From the NCBI GenBank assembly GCA_963666275.2, contig CAXXOA010000002.1, positions 384,001 to 448,000 on the forward strand: 64,000 nt of DNA. Direction: 5' to 3'. The stretch comes from Oceanispirochaeta sp. GTDB lineage: Bacteria; Spirochaetota; Spirochaetia; DSM-2461. The notes beneath the pieces were generated by a model. That model worked only from the letters and a program-made list of their open reading frames with translations. It was not told the DNA's origin and did not search any database. Every line of letters begins with the position of its first letter. The first letter of the stretch is position 1. Position numbers and translations under genes: made by a program. This document shows, piece after piece, positions 52,322 through 61,683 of this stretch.

Positions 52322-54934
52322 TCAGAGCCCTTTGGTTTTTATCCTTTCCAGAGCCCAGAGGGTATATTTCCTGACCTTCTTATCCGGATCCTGTTCCAGT
52401 TCTTTCAGAATGTCTTTCCCCTCTTCCGTATTCAGAGCTTCCAGGGCTTTGGTCACGCTTACCCGTACTTCCGTATCGGGATCTCTGGCTGCCAGAACAA
52501 TTCCCCGGAAGGCAGCTCTCGTCCTTACTGAGGAGAGGAAATCAGCCGCTTCTTTTCTTACTTTCGGATCTCGGTGTTTCAGCTTTCTGATATTCGTTTC
52601 CACATAACCCGAAGACTCCAGAACCTCGGCGATGTAGTGATGAAGAGAAGGGATATCCTCTTTCAGGAGATTCACCATAAGGGCTTCTCCCTGGGGTCCC
52701 ATCAGCTGAACGGCCCGGCTTATATCATCCCTCAGCTGGGGGCTGCCGTCTTTGAACTGCTCGACCAGAGCCTGGAGGGCTTTTTTATCCCGCATCCTGC
52801 TGATACTGTCCATGCACTCCATTTTAAGCTCCCTGTCCTCTTCTATCTTTCGGACAAGGATATCCACAGCCTTGGTACTGCCGGAACGGGAAAGTCCGAG
52901 GATAGCAGCTTTTTTCACAGAATCCACTTCATTTTCATCATTAATCAGAGAGTCCATTTCCTTCAGAACACTGTCGTTCCCGAACTCTCCCAGGGCTTTC
53001 GCCACTTCTTCCCGCACCGATGCCACCGGATCCCGGAGCATTTCCACACTCTTATTCAGATGTTTGGTCTCTCCGAAATCAATCAGAGCCCAGATACAGG
53101 CAACCCGGACCTCCGGATTGGCATCGTTCAGACCCTCCTGAATATTTTTGATAAAAGTTTTCTTTTCTGTTGCAGGAAGGCAGACAATAAGGGCAGCCCT
53201 GCTCTGGGCATCCACGGAATTGAGAATAGACTCGACCCTTTCATCAAAAAGACTGTCATCAAAGGAGCTCAGCAGCCTGGCAAATTCCTTTCCCTCCTCC
53301 AGAGGAAGGATCGAAAGATTCTCCATAATAATCTGCAGACAGTACTCTTTCTGCATTTCCACAAGAGTTTTCAGAGCCTGAATTCTTACAGGATGGGAGT
53401 AGACAGCGCGTCCGGCATGTATGATATCCAGAACAACGTCCAGAACTTCCGGTTCAGGCATATTTCTGAGAGCTTTTCGCAGGCTATCTTTCAGGACGAA
53501 GTCAGGATCTTTCAAATACATCACAAGAAGATCAATAAATATAAAACCGCTTCTCCGGGGGATCCGGTCCAGAAGAGCTTGCAGAAGTTCTTCATTTTCT
53601 TTGACCCGGGCGATTTCTTTTTTCATCAGCTTCAGAGTTTCATCGCAGCCTGACTCAGAGACACAGTCCAGAGTATTCCGGTAGAGTTCGCTGTACTCCG
53701 AGTCAATCTTTGTCTCTTCGGGGAGCTTAAAAACCTTTTCCGCCAGCTTTCTGATACTGTCTCTATGGGGAGACGATTTCAGCACACGTGATGCCAGAAG
53801 GAGTGTCCCCGGATTCTCCGACCGGTCCAGTTCCTGAAGGAAACCCGACACATTGACCTGTATGGCCTTATCCAGCAGAGAGAAATTTCTTTCCAGTTCT
53901 GCCATATCATTCAGGTAACTCTCCCTGAAAATCCGCCCCAGAATGCCGCAGGTCTGAAGGAACCTGGCCGCACTGAGCCGCATTTCCAGATTCTCACCGT
54001 CCAGGCATTTCATGGCGAAGTCCTGATCCTCCTGGGACTCACTGTTCAGAAGTTCGAGAACATGGAGAGACTGTTCAGTGGTCAGGGACTGGCCCTGCCA
54101 GGAGTAGAAGGTGTGAAAATCCTGAAGAATTCTCTCTTTGGCAGCCTTCCTCACTTCCAGAACAGGGTCGTTGAGTAGAAGTTTTTTCAGAGTATCGAAA
54201 AGGAAGGAGCCGCTCTGGCTCTGTTCCTGGGGATCATAGGGTTTCGCTTCTTTTTCAATTTCCTGGACGATGGTCGCTCTAATCAGGGAATGGGGATCTT
54301 CAAAAGACTCCCAGACAGCCCGCTCTGAACGTTCCTCTCCATCATGGAGTAGAATTTTTATGGCCATATAACGGGCGGCCCATTCGGGATCCCCTGTCAT
54401 TTCCCGTATTTCGTCCATTCTGTTCTGAAAAAGAACCATGGCTTTGTTTCCGTCAAAGTACTGCCCTTTTCCGGAAAGGGCGATCCTGCGGAGGATAAGG
54501 AGATCCTTGCTGTCATCCATAAAGCTCTGAAGTTTCCTGGCGACTTTCATATCATCCAGAGCCTTTATGAAAATCGAAAAAAGCCCCTTATCGGGAATGA
54601 ATTCCAGAATGGCCTCCAGAGCATCCGCATTGCTGTTCCTATTGAATTTCTCCAACCAGAACTCCCCCAGGTTCAGCAGTTCGGGTAGATTGAAATCCTG
54701 TTTACGGGAAATCTCTTCAATTGTCTTTGACTTCCGGCAGAGATACTCATAGCTGTAGTTCTCCAGAAGAGCTGAACTGTCCCGGGAGACAACAGCGGCC
54801 TCGAGGAGTTTCTGGAACTTTTTCTTTTTTCTGCGGACCAGAATAAGGATCACAACAGCAGCGATGATGACCACTCCTGCAAGAATAAGCACCCACAGAG
54901 GGATTTGAGATAGTTTTGAAAAAATCTGATTCAT
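52322..54934 (-). CDS. Membrane-anchored HEAT-repeat protein
   Basis: N-terminal TM followed by RRKKKK; repeated DP..VR..A..AL units. Confidence 0.85.
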   Translation of the reverse strand: MNQIFSKLSQIPLWVLILAGVVIIAAVVILILVRRKKKKFQKLLEAAVVSRDSSALLENYSYEYLCRKSKTIEEISRKQDFNLPELLNLGEFWLEKFNRNSNADALEAILEFIPDKGLFSIFIKALDDMKVARKLQSFMDDSKDLLILRRIALSGKGQYFDGNKAMVLFQNRMDEIREMTGDPEWAARYMAIKILLHDGEERSERAVWESFEDPHSLIRATIVQEIEKEAKPYDPQEQSQSGSFLFDTLKKLLLNDPVLEVRKAAKERILQDFHTFYSWQGQSLTTEQSLHVLELLNSESQEDQDFAMKCLDGENLEMRLSAARFLQTCGILGRIFRESYLNDMAELERNFSLLDKAIQVNVSGFLQELDRSENPGTLLLASRVLKSSPHRDSIRKLAEKVFKLPEETKIDSEYSELYRNTLDCVSESGCDETLKLMKKEIARVKENEELLQALLDRIPRRSGFIFIDLLVMYLKDPDFVLKDSLRKALRNMPEPEVLDVVLDIIHAGRAVYSHPVRIQALKTLVEMQKEYCLQIIMENLSILPLEEGKEFARLLSSFDDSLFDERVESILNSVDAQSRAALIVCLPATEKKTFIKNIQEGLNDANPEVRVACIWALIDFGETKHLNKSVEMLRDPVASVREEVAKALGEFGNDSVLKEMDSLINDENEVDSVKKAAILGLSRSGSTKAVDILVRKIEEDRELKMECMDSISRMRDKKALQALVEQFKDGSPQLRDDISRAVQLMGPQGEALMVNLLKEDIPSLHHYIAEVLESSGYVETNIRKLKHRDPKVRKEAADFLSSVRTRAAFRGIVLAARDPDTEVRVSVTKALEALNTEEGKDILKELEQDPDKKVRKYTLWALERIKTKGL

Positions 54935-54946
54935 GAAAACTCCCTT

Positions 54947-56521
54947 TTATGCCATTCCGGCAACATTGTATATCTGAATAGGTTTCACTTTCCCTTTTAC
55001 TTTTACAGGATCCCTTTTCTCAAGGATAAAACGGTCATCCAGATGGACTCTTGTATCTTCTGTTATGATAATCTCACCCGCTCCGGAAACTCCCTCCAGA
55101 CGGGCGGCCAGGTTGACTGTATCACCGATCACGGTATAGTCCATCCGTCTCGAACTTCCCAGATTGCCCGCCACAAGATCTCCTGTATGCATGCCGAAAC
55201 CCACTGCGAGATGCTCAGCCCTTCCCTGAAAGAATTTTCTTGTCTTGGATTTTACAAGTGACTGAATTTCCACAGCGCAGCTGACGGCCTTAATGGCATC
55301 TTCCTGTTCATTCACCATGGGAACACCCCAGGCCGCCATAATACAGTCCCCGATGAATTTATCTATATATCCGCCGTATTTGATCACAACCTCAACGGCT
55401 TCCCGGAAATACTCATTCAGAACTTCAATAATGTATTCCGGTGTCTTATCCTCGGAAAAGGATGTATATCCCCGGATATCCGCGAAAAAGACGGTGGCAT
55501 GTTTCGTTCCTCCCCCGGGTTTTACCAGATCCGGAGAATCCACAAGATTCTGAACAATGTCATTGGAGAGATACCGGGCGAACATATCCTTGATGACCCT
55601 CCTGTCTTCCTTGGCCACATCGGCACTCTCTTTGAGTTCCATCTCCCGGGACTGGTCTGTAAAGAGTAGTGTCAGCCCCTTATGCTTTCCCCTGACTCCC
55701 TTCAAAGGAGAGACATTCAGAGAAAAGTCCATGTCCTTCTCTCCCTTCCCTCTTTTGAAAATCCCTTCAAGCCCCAGCATCTCCCTTCCGGAATCTTTCA
55801 CTTTTCCCAGGGAGTTGAGGATCTTTTTGCTTATGTTCTTCTGAAATACAGCACTGAAATCCCTGCCTATAAAACTCTCATCCAGTCCCAGAGTCTCTTC
55901 GGCCTGACGGTTGAAGTATTCAATCCTGTCTTTTTCATCGATGGTTATGAGGATGTTGGTCATAGAGGAGAAAATACTTGTCTGGTACTGTTCCAGTTCC
56001 TCCACCTGTTTCACATACTCTTTGAGCTCCCGGAAAAGCCTGGCATTGTGAAGCATACCGCTTGCCTGTTTCGAAAAAGAATCGGCAAAGTTGAACTGCT
56101 CCCGGGAATAGGCATTCTCTTTCCTGGCATTGAGGACAAGGACCCCAATGTTCATCTTCCTTGTAATGACGGGGAGCGCAATGCCGCTGTTCATGCTTTC
56201 ATGAAGAAACAGCTCCTGAAATGTGTCTCTTTTCCTCTCCTGCAGAACTACAGACATGGCGCACTCATTCAGGAACTCCAGAAGTTCTCCGTCCCCCTCC
56301 AGCTCTGCAGGGACGGGATACCGCCCCCGTTTATAGGCCATTTTCAGAAGAGACGTGGAATCCTCGGGTTCTGTATGCAGATATAATACCGCCAGATCGG
56401 AATGGGTAACATCCAGAGACTGTTCCACCAGTACAGAGATCAGAGGTTTGAGTTCAAATTCTCCGGAGAGAAGAGAGCTGGCTCTCACCAGTTCGTCCAT
56501 GACATTTATACTTTTAATCAT
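54947..56521 (-). CDS. GAF-PAS adenylate cyclase (class III)
   Basis: GAF and PAS segments; FADIRGYT, DKFIGDCIMA, GDTVNLAARLEG. Confidence 0.92.
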   Translation of the reverse strand: MIKSINVMDELVRASSLLSGEFELKPLISVLVEQSLDVTHSDLAVLYLHTEPEDSTSLLKMAYKRGRYPVPAELEGDGELLEFLNECAMSVVLQERKRDTFQELFLHESMNSGIALPVITRKMNIGVLVLNARKENAYSREQFNFADSFSKQASGMLHNARLFRELKEYVKQVEELEQYQTSIFSSMTNILITIDEKDRIEYFNRQAEETLGLDESFIGRDFSAVFQKNISKKILNSLGKVKDSGREMLGLEGIFKRGKGEKDMDFSLNVSPLKGVRGKHKGLTLLFTDQSREMELKESADVAKEDRRVIKDMFARYLSNDIVQNLVDSPDLVKPGGGTKHATVFFADIRGYTSFSEDKTPEYIIEVLNEYFREAVEVVIKYGGYIDKFIGDCIMAAWGVPMVNEQEDAIKAVSCAVEIQSLVKSKTRKFFQGRAEHLAVGFGMHTGDLVAGNLGSSRRMDYTVIGDTVNLAARLEGVSGAGEIIITEDTRVHLDDRFILEKRDPVKVKGKVKPIQIYNVAGMA

Positions 56522-56713
56522 CCGGATTCTCCAAAGAGAGATTTATTTTGGATTCGTTAATAAACATACTATAAAAAACAGGTTTAACAGGAACTCCTGT
56601 CCATTTGTAATAATAGATTAGAAAAATTCTCCTTACAAGGTTTTATAAAAACTCTTATGATGACCTGCCGGAAGGTTTATGGTATCATGAATCTCCCGAA
56701 CAGGAGAAATTGA

Positions 56714-57088
56714 ATGCACGAAGAAACCATTATCCAGGAAAATCCCGGTAACAGAAAGAAAACATCTTTCCTGTCCGGCAGAGGAGTCCTTGTCTCACTC
56801 TCATCCGAAAGCCTGGGAAAAACCATTATTATTGATCGGGAATCATTGATTATCGGCAGGGATGCAGGATGTGATGTCTGTCTGGATGATCCTCAGATAA
56901 GCAAAGTCCACTGCAGGATCACTGTGGAGGAAGATAAAATTTTCAGAATTGAAGATCTGGGCTCCACAAACGGTACATACTTAAACAAGAAAAAAATCTC
57001 AAAACCCATGCAGATCTATTACAGCGACAGAATCCTGCTTGGAAATACAATATTCCGGTTTCTTATAGAAGAAACACTGGGAAAATAA
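56714..57088 (+). CDS. FHA-domain protein
   Basis: IGR, SKVH, DLGSTNGTYLN. Confidence 0.92.
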   Translation: MHEETIIQENPGNRKKTSFLSGRGVLVSLSSESLGKTIIIDRESLIIGRDAGCDVCLDDPQISKVHCRITVEEDKIFRIEDLGSTNGTYLNKKKISKPMQIYYSDRILLGNTIFRFLIEETLGK

Positions 57089-57111
57089 ATCCAGAAAAGG
57101 GGGGCGCGGAT

Positions 57112-57849
57112 ATGTCAGCAGGAAAACTGCCGATTCTCGTTCAGCAAACCTACACAGGCATAAAAAAATTCATAGATGAGGGACACTACAATGCCAACGG
57201 GCAGCTTCCTTCGGAAAATATCCTTTCAGAGCAGCTGAATGTGAGCCGGGCTACTGTGAGAACCGCTCTGGCGAAGCTGGAATATGACGGCGTTATCAAG
57301 CGGATCCATGGAAAAGGAACCTTTATCCGGGAAAAATCCATTAATCTCGAGACATCCCTTCAGGAAAAGTGGGATTTCATTCCCATGCTGGAAGAGAACG
57401 GACGCAAAGTGACGATCGATCTCCTTTCCATAAAACAGAGGACAGCCGGAACCAATGATGCGAACCTGCTGAATGTAAGAAATACAACAGAAATTGTGGA
57501 GATTGTGAGACTCTATAAGGCTGACGGAAAACCCGTTATCTACTCAAGGAATATTTTTCCCAAAAGTCTTCTGAAAAAGAGTGCCGATCCGATTCTCATG
57601 AATTACCAGTGCACAGCCTACGAACTGTTTAATGACTATTTTACAGAGCAGGCTGAAAATTCCCTGACCGATCTGATCCCTGTACTGCCAGATGAAAAAG
57701 TGGCCGAACATCTGAGAATCGCCAGAGACACACCCATATTGCTCTTCAAGGATTTCTTCCTGACGAAAGGGGAACAGATTCTCCTTGCAGGAGAAAACTA
57801 TATGCATGATAAAATGATGAAACTCCGCTTTCTCAGTAATCCGGTTTAA
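57112..57849 (+). CDS. GntR/HutC-family regulator (UTRA domain)
   Basis: LPSENILSEQLNVSRATVRTAL, GKGTFI. Confidence 0.92.
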   Translation: MSAGKLPILVQQTYTGIKKFIDEGHYNANGQLPSENILSEQLNVSRATVRTALAKLEYDGVIKRIHGKGTFIREKSINLETSLQEKWDFIPMLEENGRKVTIDLLSIKQRTAGTNDANLLNVRNTTEIVEIVRLYKADGKPVIYSRNIFPKSLLKKSADPILMNYQCTAYELFNDYFTEQAENSLTDLIPVLPDEKVAEHLRIARDTPILLFKDFFLTKGEQILLAGENYMHDKMMKLRFLSNPV

Positions 57850-57857
57850 CAGGATCT

Positions 57858-58316
57858 CTAAAGAAGAAAGGTGAGAATCTCTTTTCCGTGTCCTTCGGGA
57901 TTTACCTTATGAAAAGCCTGATGAATAACCATATTTTCATCTATGATATAGGTTGACCTGTAAATTTTCTGAATGATCTCATCATCGATCAGTTCTTTTT
58001 CTCCCAGAGCATCAAAACGGCTTATGACCTTTCTTTCAGGATCACTCAGGAGCTTAAAGGGCAGATTATATTTTTTTTTGAATTCCCTGTGAGATTCGGG
58101 AGGATCAGGACTGATACCCAGGACTTCCGCCCCGGCCTCAATAATCTCATCATACTCATCCCTGAAACTGCAGGCTTCTGTGGTACAGCCGGGAGTATTG
58201 TCTTTGGGATAAAAGTAGACTATGACTTTTTTACCCTTGAAATCCGACAGGGATACAGGATTTCCCTGTTCATCAGGGAGGGTAAAATTCTCTATTTTCA
58301 CACCGCTATTCAGCAT
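57858..58316 (-). CDS. bcp: Peroxiredoxin Bcp/PrxQ
   Basis: YFYPKDNTPGCTTEAC. Confidence 0.93.
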   Translation of the reverse strand: MLNSGVKIENFTLPDEQGNPVSLSDFKGKKVIVYFYPKDNTPGCTTEACSFRDEYDEIIEAGAEVLGISPDPPESHREFKKKYNLPFKLLSDPERKVISRFDALGEKELIDDEIIQKIYRSTYIIDENMVIHQAFHKVNPEGHGKEILTFLL

Positions 58317-58376
58317 TGGGAACCTCTTTCATTCATGATTAAATGTAAAATAATAAATCCGGTGTAATCATACAAG

Positions 58377-58395
58377 CTGAATCCTCAGGATTCAG
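58377..58395. promoter_or_regulatory. Perfect palindrome between divergent bcp and arsC
   Basis: CTGAATCCT-C-AGGATTCAG. Confidence 0.5.
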
Positions 58396-58495
58396 TCGTG
58401 TCGGATTTAACCATTCTTTCATAATTAAAACTACCATAGGCATAAAATTTATATTACTCTTTTAATAAAATTTGATAAGGACGGGAAAGGTATAT

Positions 58496-58915
58496 ATGAA
58501 AAAAAATATTTTATTCCTCTGTACAGGAAACTCCTGCAGGAGTCAGATGGCTGAAGGATGGATGAGAACCCTCCACGGGGATGAATATAATGTTTACTCT
58601 GCCGGGATCGAGACCCATGGACTGAATCCTGATGCAGTAAAGGTCATGAAAGAAGCCGGTGTAGATATTTCAGCTCAGAAAAGCGAAAATGTGAACACCA
58701 TGCTGGAGATTCCTTTTGAATACGTCATCACGGTTTGCGGTCATGCGGATGAACACTGCCCTGTTTTTCCTGGAAAGACAAAAAAAATCCACCACGGATT
58801 TGACGATCCCCCCAAGCTGGCCGCCGGAATTGAGGATGAAGAAAAAAAACTGGAACCCTACAGAAGGGTAAGAGATGAAATCAGAGCTTACCTCCAGAAT
58901 TTCAAGGGAGAATAA
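58496..58915 (+). CDS. arsC: Thioredoxin-coupled arsenate reductase (LMW-PTP fold)
   Basis: [27 protein letters not shown]. Confidence 0.9.
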   Translation: MKKNILFLCTGNSCRSQMAEGWMRTLHGDEYNVYSAGIETHGLNPDAVKVMKEAGVDISAQKSENVNTMLEIPFEYVITVCGHADEHCPVFPGKTKKIHHGFDDPPKLAAGIEDEEKKLEPYRRVRDEIRAYLQNFKGE

Positions 58916-58984
58916 GATAAATCAGTTTTTTTTTAAGTTTCAGGGTACACTGGTATGGTAAAAGAAAATAATGAAGAGGTTTTA

Positions 58985-59788
58985 ATGAAAAAATTCTATT
59001 TCACCATGTCCCTATTACTATTCCTGTTGTCTGCAGTTTCTGCAGAGGATATCAGAACAGTAACTGTGACAAATACACTTTCAGACTCTGTTTACTATCT
59101 GTATCTGACCCCCGAAGATCAGAGTGACTGGGGAGAGGACAGACTGGGAGATGATATACTTGATCCGGGTGATAGTATTTCCATCGATATAGATATTGAT
59201 TTCTGGGGTTCGGACTTTCGTCTTATGGCAGAAGATGAAACAGAAAGAGCCTACAGAATCGATAATATTGATCTGAGTGAATCTGATCAGCTGTCCATAG
59301 CAGAAAGTGATTACCTTCCTTTCGGAGGAAGATCTCCTGTGACACGTACTCTCACCTTTTACAATGACACAGACGAGGATATCTACTATCTCTATGTCTC
59401 TTCCAACAGCTCCATGTACTGGGGAGAGGATATCCTGGGCGATGAAATACTCTATTACGGAGAATACTTCACTCTGGACCTTCCCATCGACAGCGAATAT
59501 CCCTGGCATGACATTCTTGCTGAAGGTTCCAGCGGTTCTTCCTATGAACTGATGGATATGAACCTGATGGAAACTGATGAGCTTACTTTTACTGTTTCGG
59601 ACATGACATCATCCGGTGATGATTACGATTATGATGATTATGACTACTATGATGACTACGATGAATACGGAGAAGGTTACGACTCAGAAAACGACCCCTA
59701 CCTGGAAGGATACAGGGAAGGTTTCAAGGACGGCTGGAGAGAAGCCTATCAGCAGGGCTTTGAAGAAGCTATGAGGGAAAACGGTTAA
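58985..59788 (+). CDS. Secreted acidic protein with two repeated domains and a D/Y-rich tail
   Basis: Signal peptide; two YYLY...WGED.LGD.IL repeats. Confidence 0.75.
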   Translation: MKKFYFTMSLLLFLLSAVSAEDIRTVTVTNTLSDSVYYLYLTPEDQSDWGEDRLGDDILDPGDSISIDIDIDFWGSDFRLMAEDETERAYRIDNIDLSESDQLSIAESDYLPFGGRSPVTRTLTFYNDTDEDIYYLYVSSNSSMYWGEDILGDEILYYGEYFTLDLPIDSEYPWHDILAEGSSGSSYELMDMNLMETDELTFTVSDMTSSGDDYDYDDYDYYDDYDEYGEGYDSENDPYLEGYREGFKDGWREAYQQGFEEAMRENG

Positions 59789-59801
59789 AAGCGTATTAAT
59801 G

Positions 59802-59840
59802 CCTTTAAGTCCCGGAAAAAATAAGTCCGGGACTTAAAGG
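59802..59840. terminator. Inverted repeat between convergent genes
   Basis: cctttaagtcccgga / tccgggacttaaagg 15-bp arms. Confidence 0.65.
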
Positions 59841-60286
59841 AATTTCTTGAGGGGGATCATGTTCGATCCCTCCCAGGAATCTTTTCTGTAAAACTCCAGA
59901 GCGGGAAAGTTATCCTTGTCAGCCAGCAGCTGAACGCGGAGGCAGCCTTTCTCCCGGCACCAAACCAGGATTTCTTCGGTCAGTTTCTGTCCTATCCCTC
60001 TGCCCTGATAGTCCCGATCGACAACGAGATCTTCCATCCATGCTGAAAATCCTCCCGCCGCAGTGGAAACTGTGATCTGGGCCGTAACCATTCCTACAAT
60101 CTTTCCATCTGACTCAGCTACCAGAACAACAGCCTTATCATCAGGTTCCTGAAACAGTAAGGATAATCCCTTTGTATGGATATCCTCATTAAAAACAAAA
60201 TCCTCTTCGATAGTGAAGAGCAACTTCAGCAGCGGTATCAGTTCCCTGATATCATCCGGACCGGCTTTTCTCACCGTAAAACTCAT
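59834..60286 (-). CDS. GNAT acetyltransferase
   Basis: EDLVVDRDYQGRGIG, NFPALEFY. Confidence 0.92.
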   Translation of the reverse strand: MSFTVRKAGPDDIRELIPLLKLLFTIEEDFVFNEDIHTKGLSLLFQEPDDKAVVLVAESDGKIVGMVTAQITVSTAAGGFSAWMEDLVVDRDYQGRGIGQKLTEEILVWCREKGCLRVQLLADKDNFPALEFYRKDSWEGSNMIPLKKFL

Positions 60287-60876
60287 CAGCTGATTTTCTC
60301 CAGTTTTTTCAAAAGGTATTCTTTTTTTTCTTGAACATAATCTTTCAGATCTTCAAAATCATCGGCAGTTTCTGTAGCAGCCCCGGAAAGGATCAGTACA
60401 CGGTTGGCCCATTTGAACCAGAGATAGTGTTTTTCCTCAACAGCAAAATAGCCGGAAGCTCTCAGCCTGGCCTCCATTGCCGCGTCCAGATCAATGTGGT
60501 TGGCCGTGCCTGTAAGATACAGAACATCCCCGTCTTCCAGTATATAGATGACGCAGCGTTTAAATCCCTGCGCCAGAGCTTCATCATTCCTGAATCCTTC
60601 AAGACGCAGATCAAGCGTTCCCAGTCTGAGATTATATCCCTGCAGCCGCAACCCCTTCCGGATAGCCGCAAGTTCAGACCGGACATCCTGAATAACTTCC
60701 TGATTGGTTCTATTGGCTTCAAGTCTGTGACGCAGTTCTCTCAGATGAAGTTCATACTGCTGGAAGAGCTTTTTGTTGTTGGACAGATAAATAGTCGTAT
60801 CTGACAGAAGGGTCCAGGCAGACGAGAAATGCTCATTTATATTATTCAGGACACTCGATATTTTTCTTGATATCAT
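60286..60876 (-). CDS. Hypothetical protein
   Basis: 196 aa ORF coupled to the GNAT gene; no motif recognised. Confidence 0.7.
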   Translation of the reverse strand: MISRKISSVLNNINEHFSSAWTLLSDTTIYLSNNKKLFQQYELHLRELRHRLEANRTNQEVIQDVRSELAAIRKGLRLQGYNLRLGTLDLRLEGFRNDEALAQGFKRCVIYILEDGDVLYLTGTANHIDLDAAMEARLRASGYFAVEEKHYLWFKWANRVLILSGAATETADDFEDLKDYVQEKKEYLLKKLEKIS

Positions 60877-60954
60877 ATAAACCTATTATACTCGTTTATT
60901 CAAAAGAGATAAAATAATTAGAATAAATACATCCCAGAAAAGGAAGAAAGTCAA

Positions 60955-61683
60955 TTGTTGGTACTGGTTTTATCAGATATACATGGAAATTTTGAAGCAC
61001 TCAGATCTGTAATTAAAGACTCCAGACGATACAAATGGAAGGAGCTGTGGTTCCTGGGAGATCTGGCCGGTTACGGCCCCCGTCCACAGGAATGCTTTGA
61101 GCTTCTCAGAAAGTACATATCAACCATCATTCCGGGAAATCATGACTCCTATCTGGCCGGGACCATTTCAGGATCCTTTTTTTCAGAGCAGTCTCTCCAT
61201 TCCCTGATTCTCAACAGGGGACAGCTGAACCATGCCACCCTGGAACTTATCAAAACCATACCGAAGAAGCAGGAACGGAACGGTGTGACTCTGGTCCATG
61301 GAAGTCCGATTGATCCGATCACCGATTACATCATATCCGATTCTGATGCCCTGGAAAGCTTCAACGCCTTCAGGGGATCCTGCTGCCTTTTCGGGCATAC
61401 CCATGTTCAGGGTTACTACAGACTGAAAGACGGAGAAATTGAGAGCTCAAGAGCCGGCAGCGGAGAGATGATCTGCTACAAGAAGTCCCGGGTTCTGGTC
61501 AACCCCGGCAGCGTGGGACAGCCCCGGGATGGGAACCCCGATGCCGCCTGGTGCCTTCTGGATACCCGGAAAAAAGTAATTCAGTTTTTTCGAACTCCCT
61601 ATGATATAAAAGTGACCCAGGAAGAGATGCGGAAGCAGAAAGCCTCGGACTTTCTGATTGAACGCCTGGAAAAAGGGATGTGA
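60955..61683 (+). CDS. Calcineurin-like metallophosphoesterase
   Basis: SDIHGN, LGDLAGYG, GNHD, HGSP, GHTH, NPGSVGQPRD. Confidence 0.92.
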   Translation: MLVLVLSDIHGNFEALRSVIKDSRRYKWKELWFLGDLAGYGPRPQECFELLRKYISTIIPGNHDSYLAGTISGSFFSEQSLHSLILNRGQLNHATLELIKTIPKKQERNGVTLVHGSPIDPITDYIISDSDALESFNAFRGSCCLFGHTHVQGYYRLKDGEIESSRAGSGEMICYKKSRVLVNPGSVGQPRDGNPDAAWCLLDTRKKVIQFFRTPYDIKVTQEEMRKQKASDFLIERLEKGM

